NCBI GenBank assembly: GCA_963826115.1
Contig: CAWGVS010000012.1
Location: forward strand, 768,001-832,000
DNA from: an uncultured Candidatus Rokubacteria bacterium
GTDB taxonomy: Bacteria; Methylomirabilota; Methylomirabilia; Rokubacteriales; DASRDR01
Direction of reading: 5' to 3'
Length of the DNA: 64,000 nt
Below the pieces are notes generated by a model, which did not search any database, was not told where the DNA came from, and was given only the letters and a program-made list of their open reading frames with translations. A program made the translations under genes and the position numbers. How positions within the stretch are numbered: position 1 is the stretch's first letter; each line of letters starts with the position of its first letter. This document shows positions 11,189-22,036 of the stretch, piece after piece.

Positions 11189-12584
11189 CTACTGCGCCCA
11201 GCCGCCCCCGAGCGCTCGGTAGAGCTGGACGACGTTCAAGAGCTCGTCCCGCTGGGCCCGCGAGAGGTCCAGCTCCGCGGAGAAGAGCTGCCGCTCGTTG
11301 TCCAGGACCTCGAGGTAGTTGGTCACGCCCCCGTCGTAGCGGAGGTTCGAGAGCTTCGTGGCGTTCCGCAGCACCTGGACGAGGGTCTCCTGCTCCCGCC
11401 GGGCATCCTGCCGCTTGCGATACCCGACCAGGGAGTCGGACACCTCGCGGAGCGCCTGCTGGACGGTCTGCTGATAGCGAAGGACAGCTTCCTGGGCGCG
11501 CGCCTCCGCGGAGTCGACGCCGGCCCGGACGCGGCCCATGTTGAAGATCGGGACCGAGAGCGTGGGACCGATCCCGAAGAAGCCCATGGGGCCGAAGGAC
11601 ACGCTGTTCTGGACGCCTCCCGCCACGCCGATCGAGCCGAGGAGGAAGATACGCGGGAAGTAGTCGGACTTGGCCACCCCGATCCGCGCGTTGGCCGCGA
11701 CCAGCTGCTGCTCGGCGAGGCGGATGTCGGGCCGCCGCTCCAGCAGGGCGGCCGGCAGGCCGGCGGGAACGGTGGGCCGGCGGATCTGCCCTTCCAGCCC
11801 TCGGCCGCGCAAGATCGATCCGGGGTTCCGGCCGATGAGCACGCTGATGAGGTTCTCCGTCTGCTCGATCTGCCGCTCGAAGTCCGGGATCTCCCGCAAG
11901 GCCCCCGAGAGCAGCGTCTCGGCCTGGTACACGTCCATCAGCGACACCACGCCGCCTTCCTCGCGGAGCTGGACGAGCCGCAGCGAGTCCTGGCGGAGCC
12001 CGACGGTCCGGCGGGCGATTTCCAGGCTGAGGTCCAGGGTGCGCAGCTGGAAGTACGCGATGGCCACGCTGGAGACCAGGTTGCTCAGGACCACGTGGCG
12101 GCCTTCCTCGGAGGCGAGCAGGTCGGCGCGGGCGGCCTCGGTGGCTCGGCGCCACCGGCCCCAGAAGTCGAGCTCGAAGGAGAGATTGACACCGCCCTGC
12201 GCGAGGAACGAGTTCTCGAGCGTGAACAGCGGCGGTCGGTCACCGAAGGTGGTCGCGAAGGGGGCCTCGGCCGTACCCTCGACGGTGGGGAACTGGTTCG
12301 ACCGCGTGATGACCACCTGGGCCTGGGCGTCGAGGATGCGCGCCACGGCGAGCCGGAGGTCGTAGTTCTCGGCCAGCGCGGTCCGGATCAGCGTCTGGAG
12401 GACCTCGTCCTCGAAGAGCGTCCACCAGGCGACGTCGGCGAGCGACCCCGGCTCGGCCGGGCGCGGTGGGATCGAGCCCGCGGTAGAAGGACGGCAGCGG
12501 CACATCCGGCCGGCGATAGTCGGGCCCCATCGTGCACGCGGCGAGGACGATCGGGATCAGCGCCAGCAGGAGACCGCGTCTCAC
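11189..12584 (-). CDS. RND outer-membrane factor lipoprotein (OprM/NodT family), split by a +1 frameshift near 12460
   Basis: Lipobox start VRRGLLLALIPIVLAACTMGPDYRRP in one frame continues as AEPGSLADVAWW...LLERRPDIRLAE...LYRALGGGW in the next; one extra base in the G run at 12459-12461. Confidence 0.88.
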
Positions 12585-15500
12585 GGGTGCTCCCCCCGGA
12601 ACGCCGCCTCCGCTGGCTCGGGCACGGGTTCCTTGCCGGGATCCTTCGCCCGCTTGTGGCGCCGCCCCAGCTGCTCCACGAAGGCGAAGTTGCCCGGAAT
12701 GATGAACACGCCGAGGAACGTGGCGACCAGCATGCCCCAGAAGACCGCCGTGCCCATGACGTTCTGGGCGCCCGCGCCGGCCCCGCTCGCCCGCATGAGC
12801 GGGACCACGCCCAGGATGAAGGCGAAGGCGGTCATCAGGATGGGCCGGAAGCGCAGCCGGGCGGCCTCGAGCGCCGCCTCCTGCGCCGGCTTGCCCTCCT
12901 CGTGCCTCACCTTCGCCACCTCGACGATGAGGATCGCGTTCTTGGCCGCGAGACCGATGAGCATGATGAGCCCGACCTGGACGTACACGTTGTTGTCGAA
13001 GCCCGCGAGCCAGACGCCGAAGAAGGCGCCGAGCGCAACCAGCGGCGAGCCGAGGAGCACGGCCCACGGCAGGCGCCAGCTCTCGTACATCGCGGCCAGC
13101 AGGAGGAACACGAAGAGGATCGCCATGACGAAGGTCGGGCCCGCGGGCGGCGCCACCTTCTCCTGGTAGGAGAGCTTCGAGTAGGCGAAGCCCATCTCCT
13201 TCGGCATCGTCTTTCCGAACACGTCCTCGAGGGTGGCCAGCGCCTGGCCGGAGGTGAAGCCAGGGCCGGGCACGCCGCTGATCTCCACCGAGCGGAACAG
13301 ATTGAAGCGGGTGGTGATCTCCGTGCTCGGCACTTCCCGGATCGTTAGCAGGGTCGAGAGCGGGATCATGGTGTTCGTGGTGTTGCTGCGCACGTAGATC
13401 TGTCCGATGTCGTCGGGCTTGCGGCGATAGTCGGCGTCCGCCTGGACGTAGACGCGGAACAGGCGCCCGAACCGGTTGAAGTCGTTCACGTAGGCACCGC
13501 CCAGCACGGCGGACATGGACTGGAACACGTCGTTGACGGGGATGCCGAGGGTGCGTGCCTTCTCCCGGTCGAGCTCCACCTTCACCTGGGGATAGTTCGG
13601 ATCGAAGGAGGTGAACAGGTTGGCGAGCTGCGGACGCTGGCGCGCCTCGGTCAGGAAGGCGCGCGACTGGACGCCGAGGTCGTCGACGCTCAAGGTGCCG
13701 CTCCGGTCCTGGAGCAGGAAGTTGAAGCCGGCCGAGGCGCCGAAGCCGGCGATCGTGGGGATGTTGAAGGGGAAGATGACCGCCTCCGGGATCGCCGCGA
13801 ACTGCGGGGCGAGGTGTCTGATGATCCCCTTCACGTGCAAGGCCTCGCCGTGGCGCTCCTCCCAGTCCTTGAGCCGGATCAGGATGGTCCCGAAGTTCGG
13901 CTGGTAGGTATTCGTCACGAGCCCGAACCCGCCGATCGTCGTATAGGCGTCGACGCCCTCCGTCTTCCCGACGATCTGCTCGACCCGGGTCAGGATGGCG
14001 GCCGTCCGCTCGAGGGACGCGCCGGGCGGGAGCGTCACGTTGACACCGAGGAGCCCCTGATCCTCATCGGGGATGAACCCGGCGGGAAGTCTCTTGCCGA
14101 AGAATCCGGCGCCCACGACCACGACCCCGATGAGCAGGATCGTCAGCACGGCGCGCCGGACGAGCAGCCGGGTCACCCCGATGTAGCCGTTGGTCGCCCG
14201 GTCGAATACCCAGTTGAACCCCCGGAAGAACATCCCGAGCGGCCCCCGCCCGGGCCCGTGGCCCGGCTTCAGGAGCAGCACGGAAAGGGCGGGCGAGAGG
14301 GACAGGGCGCTGAAGGCCGAGAGCAGCACGGAGATGGCGATGGTCAGCGCGAACTGCTGGTACATCCGGCCGGTGAGGCCCCCGAGGAACGCGACAGGCA
14401 CGAACACGGCCGAGAGGATGAGGGCAATCCCCACGACCGGGCCCGACACCTCCTTCATGGCCTGGATCGTCGCCGCTCGCGGGTCGAGCCCGCGCTCCAT
14501 GTGATGGATCACGGCCTCCACCACGACGATGGCGTCGTCCACGACGATGCCGATGGCCAGCACGAGCCCGAACATCGAGAGCGTGTTGACCGAGAAGCCG
14601 AGCATCGGGAAGAAGATGAAGGTGCCGATGATCGAGACGGGCACGGTCAGGAGCGGGATGATCGTCGCCCGCACGTTCTGGAGGAAGATGAACACCACGA
14701 GCGTGACCAGGATCAGCGCCTCGATGAAGGTGTGCACGATCGATTCGATCGAGGCCTCGACGGCCGGCGTCGTGTCGTAGACGATCTTGTAGTCCATGTC
14801 GGGCGGGAAGAGCGTCTTGGCCCGCGCCATGGTTTCGTAGATCTGCTTCGCCGCCTCGAGCTGATTCGCCCCCGGGAGGAGGTAAACGGCCATCGCTCCG
14901 GCCGGCTTGCCGTCCAGCCGGCCGAACGAGTTGTAGTCCTGGGAGCCGAGCTCCGCCCGGCCCACGTCCTTGATCCGGACCTGGGCGGCGGTGGCGGTGC
15001 CCCGGATGATGATGTTCTCGAACTCCTCCGTGGTGATCAGGCGGCCCGGCGCGGCCACGGTGTAGGTGAACTGCTGGTCCTTGGGGGAGGGCGCGCCGCC
15101 GACCCGCCCGGCGGGCGCCTGGAGGTTCTGCTCCTTGATCGCCGAGATCACGTCGGCCGGCGTCAGCCCGAGCTTGGCCAGCTTGTTGGGCTCGAGCCAG
15201 ACGCGCATGCCGTAGTCGGTGCCGCCGAAGAGATCGACCTGGGCGATCCCGGGGATGCGGAGGATCTGGTCCCGCAGGTTGATACCGGCGTAGTTGATCA
15301 GGAAGTTCGCGTCGTAGCTCAGCCCCGGCGAGTAGACCGAGATGACCATCAAGATGCTGGGGCTCTGCTTCTTGACGGTGACCCCCTGCTGGATCACCTC
15401 CTGCGGGAGCCGCGCCTGGGCCACCGTGACCCGGTTCTGCGTGAGGACGTTGGCGGTGTCCTGGTCGACGCCGACCTCGAAGCTGACGTCGAGCAGCATG

Positions 15501-15760
15501 CGGCCGTCGCTCGTGTTCGACGACTGCATGTAGATCATCTTGTCGACGCCGTTGACCTCCTGCTCGATCGGGGTGGCGACCGACTGCTCCACCGCGACCG
15601 CCGAGGCGCCCGGGTAGGTCGCCGTGACGCGGATGGACGGCGGGGCCAGGAAGGGGTACTGCTCGAAGGCGAGCTTGAGGAGCGAGGAGGTCCCCAGCAA
15701 CACGGTCAGGATCGCGATGACGATCGCGACGATCGGACGGCCGATGAAGAACTGCGCCAT
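12581..15760 (-). CDS. HAE1-family RND efflux permease
   Basis: MAQFFIGRPIVA, GIVVDDAIVVVE, AKNAILIVE, RFRPILMT; 1059 aa. Confidence 0.95.
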   Translation of the reverse strand: MAQFFIGRPIVAIVIAILTVLLGTSSLLKLAFEQYPFLAPPSIRVTATYPGASAVAVEQSVATPIEQEVNGVDKMIYMQSSNTSDGRMLLDVSFEVGVDQDTANVLTQNRVTVAQARLPQEVIQQGVTVKKQSPSILMVISVYSPGLSYDANFLINYAGINLRDQILRIPGIAQVDLFGGTDYGMRVWLEPNKLAKLGLTPADVISAIKEQNLQAPAGRVGGAPSPKDQQFTYTVAAPGRLITTEEFENIIIRGTATAAQVRIKDVGRAELGSQDYNSFGRLDGKPAGAMAVYLLPGANQLEAAKQIYETMARAKTLFPPDMDYKIVYDTTPAVEASIESIVHTFIEALILVTLVVFIFLQNVRATIIPLLTVPVSIIGTFIFFPMLGFSVNTLSMFGLVLAIGIVVDDAIVVVEAVIHHMERGLDPRAATIQAMKEVSGPVVGIALILSAVFVPVAFLGGLTGRMYQQFALTIAISVLLSAFSALSLSPALSVLLLKPGHGPGRGPLGMFFRGFNWVFDRATNGYIGVTRLLVRRAVLTILLIGVVVVGAGFFGKRLPAGFIPDEDQGLLGVNVTLPPGASLERTAAILTRVEQIVGKTEGVDAYTTIGGFGLVTNTYQPNFGTILIRLKDWEERHGEALHVKGIIRHLAPQFAAIPEAVIFPFNIPTIAGFGASAGFNFLLQDRSGTLSVDDLGVQSRAFLTEARQRPQLANLFTSFDPNYPQVKVELDREKARTLGIPVNDVFQSMSAVLGGAYVNDFNRFGRLFRVYVQADADYRRKPDDIGQIYVRSNTTNTMIPLSTLLTIREVPSTEITTRFNLFRSVEISGVPGPGFTSGQALATLEDVFGKTMPKEMGFAYSKLSYQEKVAPPAGPTFVMAILFVFLLLAAMYESWRLPWAVLLGSPLVALGAFFGVWLAGFDNNVYVQVGLIMLIGLAAKNAILIVEVAKVRHEEGKPAQEAALEAARLRFRPILMTAFAFILGVVPLMRASGAGAGAQNVMGTAVFWGMLVATFLGVFIIPGNFAFVEQLGRRHKRAKDPGKEPVPEPAEAAFRGEHP

Positions 15761-15765
15761 CGGGC

Positions 15766-17253
15766 CTAGCCGCCGCCCGGTGACTTGGCCGCGGGCGCCT
15801 TCGGCGGTGCGGTCGGCGGCGCGGCGTCGCTAGCGGCGGGCGCTGCCGCCGGAGCCGGCCCCGCCGGCGGCGCGCCGGCGGCGGGTGGCGCCCCGGCCGG
15901 CGGGGCCATCTCGGGCTTCACCTGCATCCCGGGCCGGACTTTCTGGAGGCCCTCGACGATCACGCGCTCCCCGCCCTCCAGCCCGCGCGTCACGATGATG
16001 AGGTCCCCGATGCGCTCGTTCAGGGTCACGCTCCGGAGCGCGACCTTGTCGCCCTGGTCGACCACCAGAACGGACTTCTGCCCCTGGGTCTCCGTGATGG
16101 CGCGCTGGGGGACGAGGACGGCGTTCTGGCGCTCCTCGACGACGGCGCGCACTCGTCCGAACTGCCCCGGCCGCAGGAGCTTCTCGGGATTGGGGAACAG
16201 CGCCTCGAAGACGATCGTGCCGGTCTTGGGGTCGACGGTCCGGTCGAGCGTGGTCACCCGACCCTTGTGCGGGTGGAGCGTGCCGTCGGCCAGGACCAGC
16301 TCGAGCTGCACGGGCTCGCCGGCGGCCGAGCGGCCCGCGGCGCGCCGGGCGAACCGGAGGTAGTCCGCCTCGCTCACGGTCGTGGTGGCCTTGATCGGAT
16401 CGACGGTGGACATCGTGGCCAGCAGCGTCGGCTCACCCCGGCCGACGAGGTTGCCCTCGTCCACGTCGAGCCGCCCGATGATCCCGCTCACCGGGGCGCG
16501 GATGGTCGTGTAGGCGAGATCGAGCTCGGCCTGCGTGACGGCGGCGCGCGCCGACTCGACAGCGGCCTGCGCCTGCTGTATCCCGATCCGCTGGGAGAGC
16601 TTGGTGTCCTTGAGGGCGGCTTCCGACGCGACCACGCCCGCGCTGGCCACCTGCTCCGCCGCGAGGGCGTTGTCGAGGTCGACCTGCGGCACGGCCTTCG
16701 CCTGGGCGAGGGGCTTCAGCCGGGCGACGTCGAGCTTGGCCTTCGCGAGAGCGGCCTTGTGCTGCTCGAGTTGGGCGGCAGCCCGTTCGACCTCGACTGA
16801 CTCCTGCGCCTTGGCGAGTTCGGCCTGCGCCTTGCCGAGCTGGGCGCGCGCGCTCTGGAGCGTCGCCTCGTACTGCGTCTTCTGGATCTCGAAGAGGATC
16901 TGGCCCTCCTTGACCTCGGCGCCCTCCTTGAAGCGCACGTGCTCGAGCACGCCCTGGATGCGCGCGCGGAGCTCGACCGTCTGGACGGCGTCGGTCTGCG
17001 CCACGAACTCCGCCACGATCGGGACCGTCTTCTTGACGACCTCCGCCACGACGACCGCCGGGGGCGGCGGGGCCGGGGGCGCGGCCTCCTTCGCCTTCGT
17101 GCGGTCGCAGGTGGTGAGCGCGGGGAGGAGCGCGCCGAGGGCCAGGAGGCCCATGAAGACCACCGAGCCGTTACGGCGCGGGGGCTTGGGGCGGATCCGG
17201 CGCTTCCAGCGGGGTGGGGCTGTCGCAGTCTTCCGCACGCGTCGCTCTATCAT
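15766..17253 (-). CDS. RND periplasmic adaptor (AcrA-like)
   Basis: VELRARIQGVL, YTTIRAPVSGIIG, LLRPGQFGRV, GLQKVRPG; start uncertain (17253 or 17154). Confidence 0.9.
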   Translation of the reverse strand: MIERRVRKTATAPPRWKRRIRPKPPRRNGSVVFMGLLALGALLPALTTCDRTKAKEAAPPAPPPPAVVVAEVVKKTVPIVAEFVAQTDAVQTVELRARIQGVLEHVRFKEGAEVKEGQILFEIQKTQYEATLQSARAQLGKAQAELAKAQESVEVERAAAQLEQHKAALAKAKLDVARLKPLAQAKAVPQVDLDNALAAEQVASAGVVASEAALKDTKLSQRIGIQQAQAAVESARAAVTQAELDLAYTTIRAPVSGIIGRLDVDEGNLVGRGEPTLLATMSTVDPIKATTTVSEADYLRFARRAAGRSAAGEPVQLELVLADGTLHPHKGRVTTLDRTVDPKTGTIVFEALFPNPEKLLRPGQFGRVRAVVEERQNAVLVPQRAITETQGQKSVLVVDQGDKVALRSVTLNERIGDLIIVTRGLEGGERVIVEGLQKVRPGMQVKPEMAPPAGAPPAAGAPPAGPAPAAAPAASDAAPPTAPPKAPAAKSPGGG

Positions 17254-17680
17254 GTCGCGCTCCCGGGGGTGATCTCGCGCACCCTTGGAGTCGGTGTCAG
17301 CAGTCGTTCGCGGGCCTGGTGCCGGCGTCCGCACCGGCCCCCGCACGCAGTGCCGGCGGGGATCATCCCGGCAAGATGCATTCCATGGGCACCATATCCT
17401 GAAACCACCCGCCAATAAAGGGCACCCGGCCCGCCGCCGCCGGCGGGGGACCGGGCCGCTGCCGCCGCGGACGGCGGAGGGCCGTCGCATCCGGCGGCCG
17501 GGCGCGGGTGCTTCGTGGCATGCGGGCCCTGGGGGCCCGGGTTAGACTGCGCCCCGATGATGGCAGCCGGCGTGCGTCTGTCCGGGCGAGTGGCCGTGGG
17601 TCGAATGGCCCCGGGGCGGACCGCGGGACAATTTGTCGCCCCGCGCGCGAGGCGCGGCGCCCGTTGAGCGCGGCACCGAG

Positions 17681-18910
17681 GTGAGCGTCGGGCGGATCGC
17701 CGTGCTCGGCGCCGGCCTGACGGGCGCCGCGACCGCCCTCGAGCTCGCCCGGCAGGGCCGGGACGTCGACCTCTACGACGAGACCCCCCAGCCCGTCAGC
17801 CGGGCGAGCCAGAGCAACGAGGGGAAGATCCACCTGGGGCTCGTCTACGCCCACGATCCGTCGGCACGCTCCGCCCAGACGATGATCACGGGCGCCGTGC
17901 ACTTCCTCTGGTGCCTTCGCCGCTGGGTCGACCTCCCCCCGGACGACCTGCCGGTCTCGACGCCCTTCTACTACGCCGTGCACCAGGGGTCGATGGTCGA
18001 CGTCGAGACGCTCGAGGCCCACTATCACCGGTGCGCGCGGCTGTTCGCCGACGCATCCGCGGCAACGGGGCTCGCGTATCTCGGCGCGGACCGCGCGCTC
18101 CTCGCGGAGCGGTGCTCGCCTGGCGAGACGGCGCGGATCGTCTCCCGCGACCACTGCGTGGCCGCGTTCCGGACCTCCGAGCGGGCCGTCGATCCGCGGG
18201 CCATCGCGCAGCGGGTTCGGGAGGCGCTCGCCGCGTCGTCGCGCGTCCGGTTCCACGGCTCGACGGAGATCTGCGGGATCGCCTGGACCGACGACCGCCG
18301 CCTCCGCGTGGCGTGCCGCCACGAGGGCCACGACCGCGCCGAGACGTACGACCACGTGGTCAACGCGCTCTGGCAGGGGCGGCTCGCGATCGACGCGAGC
18401 CTCGGCCTCGCGCCCGCCCGGGAGTGGCTCTACCGGTACAAGATCGGCGGCTGGCTGCCGGGCGCTGCGGCGGCCGGCGCGGTGCCGTCCCTGACCTTCG
18501 TGCTCGGGCCGTTCGGGGACATCGTCGACTTCGGCGCGCGCGGGGTCTATTTCTCCTGGTATCCGACGGGCATGGTCGGCTCGTCCCGCGCGCTCCGGCC
18601 GCCGGACTGGGAGGCGTCGCTCGGGCTCGCGGACCGGCGCGCCATCCTCCGGCGGAGCTACGAGGCGGTCGCGGCGCGCTGCCCGGCGCTCCGCGCCCGC
18701 GGCTTCGCCGAGGCCCGTGTGGACCCCGTGGGCGGCGTCATCTTCGCCTGGGGCGCGACCGACATCCACGCGCCCGACAGCCGCCTCCACACGCGGCACG
18801 AGATCGGGATCCACTCGGTCGAGAGCTACCACTCGGTGAACACGGGCAAGTACACGATGGCCCCCTACCTCGGCTACAAGACCGCTGAGCGCATCCTCGG
18901 GCGCGCCTGA
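17681..18910 (+). CDS. FAD-dependent oxidoreductase
   Basis: Rossmann motif IAVLGAGLTG...DLYDE, ASQSNEGKIHLG, C-terminal GKYT. Confidence 0.8.
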   Translation: MSVGRIAVLGAGLTGAATALELARQGRDVDLYDETPQPVSRASQSNEGKIHLGLVYAHDPSARSAQTMITGAVHFLWCLRRWVDLPPDDLPVSTPFYYAVHQGSMVDVETLEAHYHRCARLFADASAATGLAYLGADRALLAERCSPGETARIVSRDHCVAAFRTSERAVDPRAIAQRVREALAASSRVRFHGSTEICGIAWTDDRRLRVACRHEGHDRAETYDHVVNALWQGRLAIDASLGLAPAREWLYRYKIGGWLPGAAAAGAVPSLTFVLGPFGDIVDFGARGVYFSWYPTGMVGSSRALRPPDWEASLGLADRRAILRRSYEAVAARCPALRARGFAEARVDPVGGVIFAWGATDIHAPDSRLHTRHEIGIHSVESYHSVNTGKYTMAPYLGYKTAERILGRA

Positions 18911-19079
18911 GAGCCGCCGAGGGGCGCACGCCGCGCGCGGTGGCCCCTGAGCCGAGTCCGCCGCGGATCGATTCGCGCCGACTTCTCGACCCCGGCATGC
19001 TAACGTGCCGCACGGACGGCCAGAGGCTCTGGAGCGGAGCGCGCGAACGACTGACACCCATGCGAGAAAGAAGGGGCCG

Positions 19080-19631
19080 ATGATGCGTCGCAGGGCGGTG
19101 ACATGGACACTCGCGATGACCTTCATCGCATTCGGCGTGACCACCCCCGCGCTGGGCCAGGCCTCGAAGGTCCAGGGAACCGTCACGGTGGGCAAGACCA
19201 AGGTGACCATCGCGAGCGCGATGGCGGTCGGCTACAAGGCGCCGAACGGGCAGCTGATCTCAGTCCTGCTGTCGGACAAGCCCGCCAACGCGAAGGAGTT
19301 CGCGACCGACACCCGCATCGGCCCCGGCGAGAGCTACGTGGCGGGCATCTTCGAAGGGGCCTGGAAGAGCCAGCACGGCGGCAAGCGATTCTCGGGGTTC
19401 ACGTTCACGATCGGGCCCAAGGGCACCTTGGTGACCGACGAGTTCCTCGTCGGCGGTCAGAACAACGCGTTCTCGATCGGGACCGATGAGTTCGTCCTCG
19501 AGCTCAAGTCGACCGCGCCGCGCCTCGTCGGCTCGATCAAGACGAAGAAGCCGGCCGTTGACATCGGGGGCGGGCGCACGGCCGGCCTGGATGCGACGTT
19601 CGACGTCGCGGTCGGAGCGCCGGGCAAGTAG
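19080..19631 (+). CDS. Secreted beta-rich hypothetical protein
   Basis: Signal peptide MMRRRAVTWTLAMTFIAFGVTTPALG; AAGGGG RBS; coding-like codon bias. Confidence 0.75.
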   Translation: MMRRRAVTWTLAMTFIAFGVTTPALGQASKVQGTVTVGKTKVTIASAMAVGYKAPNGQLISVLLSDKPANAKEFATDTRIGPGESYVAGIFEGAWKSQHGGKRFSGFTFTIGPKGTLVTDEFLVGGQNNAFSIGTDEFVLELKSTAPRLVGSIKTKKPAVDIGGGRTAGLDATFDVAVGAPGK

Positions 19632-19890
19632 CGGGCCGGGACTAGGCGCCCGGGGCGCAGAGCGCCTTCGCGACCCCACCGGAGCTGACCGGCAACGACG
19701 GCGGGGTCGCTCGGGCGGCCGAGCAACATGTGGCGCCGGGAGGCCGGACCGCGCAGCCCCGCCCACCGGACTCGGAAGCTGCTGCTCCCGGTGGGCCTGC
19801 CGCGACTCCCTGACTACCTCGAGCTGCCACCCCGGGTCGGAGTCGAGAGCGTGAAGCAACCCGACACTTGGGGTCTCGGGCGGTTCCCGT

Positions 19891-20478
19891 TCACCGCTTT
19901 CCGTAGTCCGTGAAAACGTAGTCCCGCGCCTTCACGATCGTGTGGCACCCGAGCCCGCACTTGGCGTCGTTCCCCTGCGGCGGCTCGTCGGCCGTGGTGA
20001 AGGGCGTGAACGTATCGGACGCGGCGACATACTTGAAGGCCGCCCATCCCCATCCGCCGCTGTCCGCGAACCGCTTGCTATCCTTCACCATGAAATCGAC
20101 GTCGTGCAGGGTTCCCGGCACCATCGTGGTGGGGAACGTCTCGTGCTTCTTCGGGTTCCAGTGGATCTTCGCCATCTTGGAGCCGTCGGGGAACGGCTTG
20201 CCGTTGCCGGGAATGCCGGACTGGTACGCCTTGATCATCACGGGATTGGCGAGGATCACGGACATCAGCTTCTCGTTCTGACTGATGGCGACCGTCTGCC
20301 AGCCTTCGTATCCCCTGAACTCGGAGAACGCGAGCCCATTCGGCACTCGCACGGTGTACTTGGCCTGACCGGCGTCCTGCGCGGAAATGGCCCGGCCGCC
20401 CAGGACGGCCAGCACTGCAACAGCTAGCGAGGCCACAACGATCACGCCCGCCGGGATCCGTCTGCTCTTCATCGCCAC
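19891..20478 (-). CDS. Cytochrome P460 / c'-beta family protein
   Basis: Signal peptide, FPDGSKMAK, MVKDSKRFADSGGWGW, C-terminal CGLGCH and DYVF. Confidence 0.85.
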   Translation of the reverse strand: MAMKSRRIPAGVIVVASLAVAVLAVLGGRAISAQDAGQAKYTVRVPNGLAFSEFRGYEGWQTVAISQNEKLMSVILANPVMIKAYQSGIPGNGKPFPDGSKMAKIHWNPKKHETFPTTMVPGTLHDVDFMVKDSKRFADSGGWGWAAFKYVAASDTFTPFTTADEPPQGNDAKCGLGCHTIVKARDYVFTDYGKR

Positions 20479-20499
20479 TCCCCCTCGTTGCCTGCTGGT

Positions 20500-20704
20500 T
20501 GCCGGCTACCGCAAGGATCTGAACGATCGGACTGCGAAGTGCCGGCTCTTGTCGCCCTCCGGGAAGTTGATCAGGTTGCGAGAGGCGGGTCAACCTGGCC
20601 GGCCCCCGATGCTGGGGAAGCTGGCCGGGCCGCTCAGGATCAGCGTGTGCGATTTCTTTCCGATGGGGAGCGCGAAGCGCCGACCGCCCACGAAGCGGAG
20701 GTGA
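20500..20704 (+). pseudogene. Possible decayed XRE-type HTH regulator remnant
   Basis: LIRLREAGQPGRPPMLGKLAGPLRISVCDFF loosely resembles the C-terminal half of an HTH_3 domain; no clear start. Confidence 0.2.
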
Positions 20705-20910
20705 CCCGTGGCCAAGTGAGGGGAAACGCGACCGAGCCGGAGCACCCGGAAACCGCGGACCTCTATTCGGCATTGCAGCGGGAGCGTGGGCGATTCGGTC
20801 GACGTGGTGCCGCGCCATGGTTCCCGCTGCGGCCGCGGCGCGGGCCGGGGGTGACGGGGGCGGGCGCCGGGACCGAGAAAGGTGCCTGGTGAGTCCTGCG
20901 CTCGCGCGGG

Positions 20911-21450
20911 CTAGTTGGAGATGATCGCCTCGACTCGCCGGTTCTTCGCCCGGCCGGCCGGGTCGTCCGACCCGTCTGGCTTCCGGTTCGGCACGACGGG
21001 CCGCGTCCCGCCGAACCCTTCGACCGAGATCCGATCGGGCTGCATCCCTTGCTTGGCGAGCTCCTTGGCGACCGCGTCCGCCCGGTTCTTCGACAGCGTG
21101 AGGTTATATGCGGGCGCGCCGACGTTGTCGGTGTGGCCCTCGAGCTTGATCTTGCGATTCGCGGCGCGGGGCTGGTTCAGGACCTTGGCCATCTGATCGA
21201 GCACCTGCTGCGCCGGCGCGTCGAGGTCGGCCCGGTCGAAGGCGAAGAACGTGTTCGGCATGGTGATGACGAGGCCGCGCGGGGTCTCCGTGATCTCGGG
21301 GCCGTCGATGCCGACGCCGGCCCCGCGGGTGACGCCCTGCCGGCGCAGCTCCCCGGCGAGCTCCTGGTTCGTGAAGGGCTTGGCCGCCGACGTGGCGCAG
21401 CCCGCGCCCAGGAGGATGACGCCCACCATGATCCAGCCGATCGGTCTCAT
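20911..21450 (-). CDS. OmpA-family peptidoglycan-binding lipoprotein
   Basis: Lipobox LLGAGC; FAFDRADL, EGHTDNVG, NLTLSKNRADAV, NRRVE. Confidence 0.9.
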   Translation of the reverse strand: MRPIGWIMVGVILLGAGCATSAAKPFTNQELAGELRRQGVTRGAGVGIDGPEITETPRGLVITMPNTFFAFDRADLDAPAQQVLDQMAKVLNQPRAANRKIKLEGHTDNVGAPAYNLTLSKNRADAVAKELAKQGMQPDRISVEGFGGTRPVVPNRKPDGSDDPAGRAKNRRVEAIISN

Positions 21451-21743
21451 ATGTCCCAGCCCTCCTCGCGGAGTCCAGCTCCATGCGCGGACGTGGCTCG
21501 CGGCGCCGTTCGGGTCGACGCCGGCCCGATCATAGGCGGGGGGGCGGCTGGGGCGCAACTTTTGTCGTCGCGCGGGCCCGCGCGGAGCGGCCTCGTGACG
21601 CCCCGGCTCGTCCTGGCCACGGCGGCTCCGGCAAGGTCCGCGCGTTCGCGCGCCTCCGGGCCGGCCTCGGGTACACGGTCCAGTCGATGGCCGACGCACT
21701 TCATCGGCACGCTCGTGGCGCACGCTCGTCGACTCGCCGCGGA

Positions 21744-21943
21744 CTGTGCCCGTTCTGTGCTCCTTCTCGCCGGGAACGGCACCACCACGGGTTGCCGGGT
21801 TGCCGGCCGGCGGACTCCCCAGTGTGAAGCACGGCCAGCTTCTTCACGCCCTCCACGAGGTCGGACCGCGCCACGATCGCGTGGCGCCGGTACACGCTCT
21901 CGGTCTTGTGCCCGGTGAGCTTCACCGCGGCCGACCGCGGGAT
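21744..21943 (-). pseudogene. C-terminal remnant of a tyrosine integrase
   Basis: IPRSAAVKLTGHKTESVYRRHAIVARSDL matches box II (LxGH...Y) with the catalytic Tyr position read as His; followed by two GCACAG hexamers 11 bp apart. Confidence 0.75.
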
Positions 21944-22036
21944 CCGGTCCGCTCCAGGTTCGGGACCGACGCGGGGCACCCCATTCCAGGCTGTCGACTG
22001 CCCCCGGAGCCCCTGCCCGGGCCGGGGGCCACTGGA

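Noticed and set aside
17318-17326. TGGTGCCGG as a distal att copy of the tRNA-Leu 3' end
   Set aside because: A 9-bp GC-rich match is expected by chance
19640-19890. Possible ncRNA or small gene between the secreted protein and the P460 gene
   Set aside because: No recognisable structure, RBS or protein motif by eye
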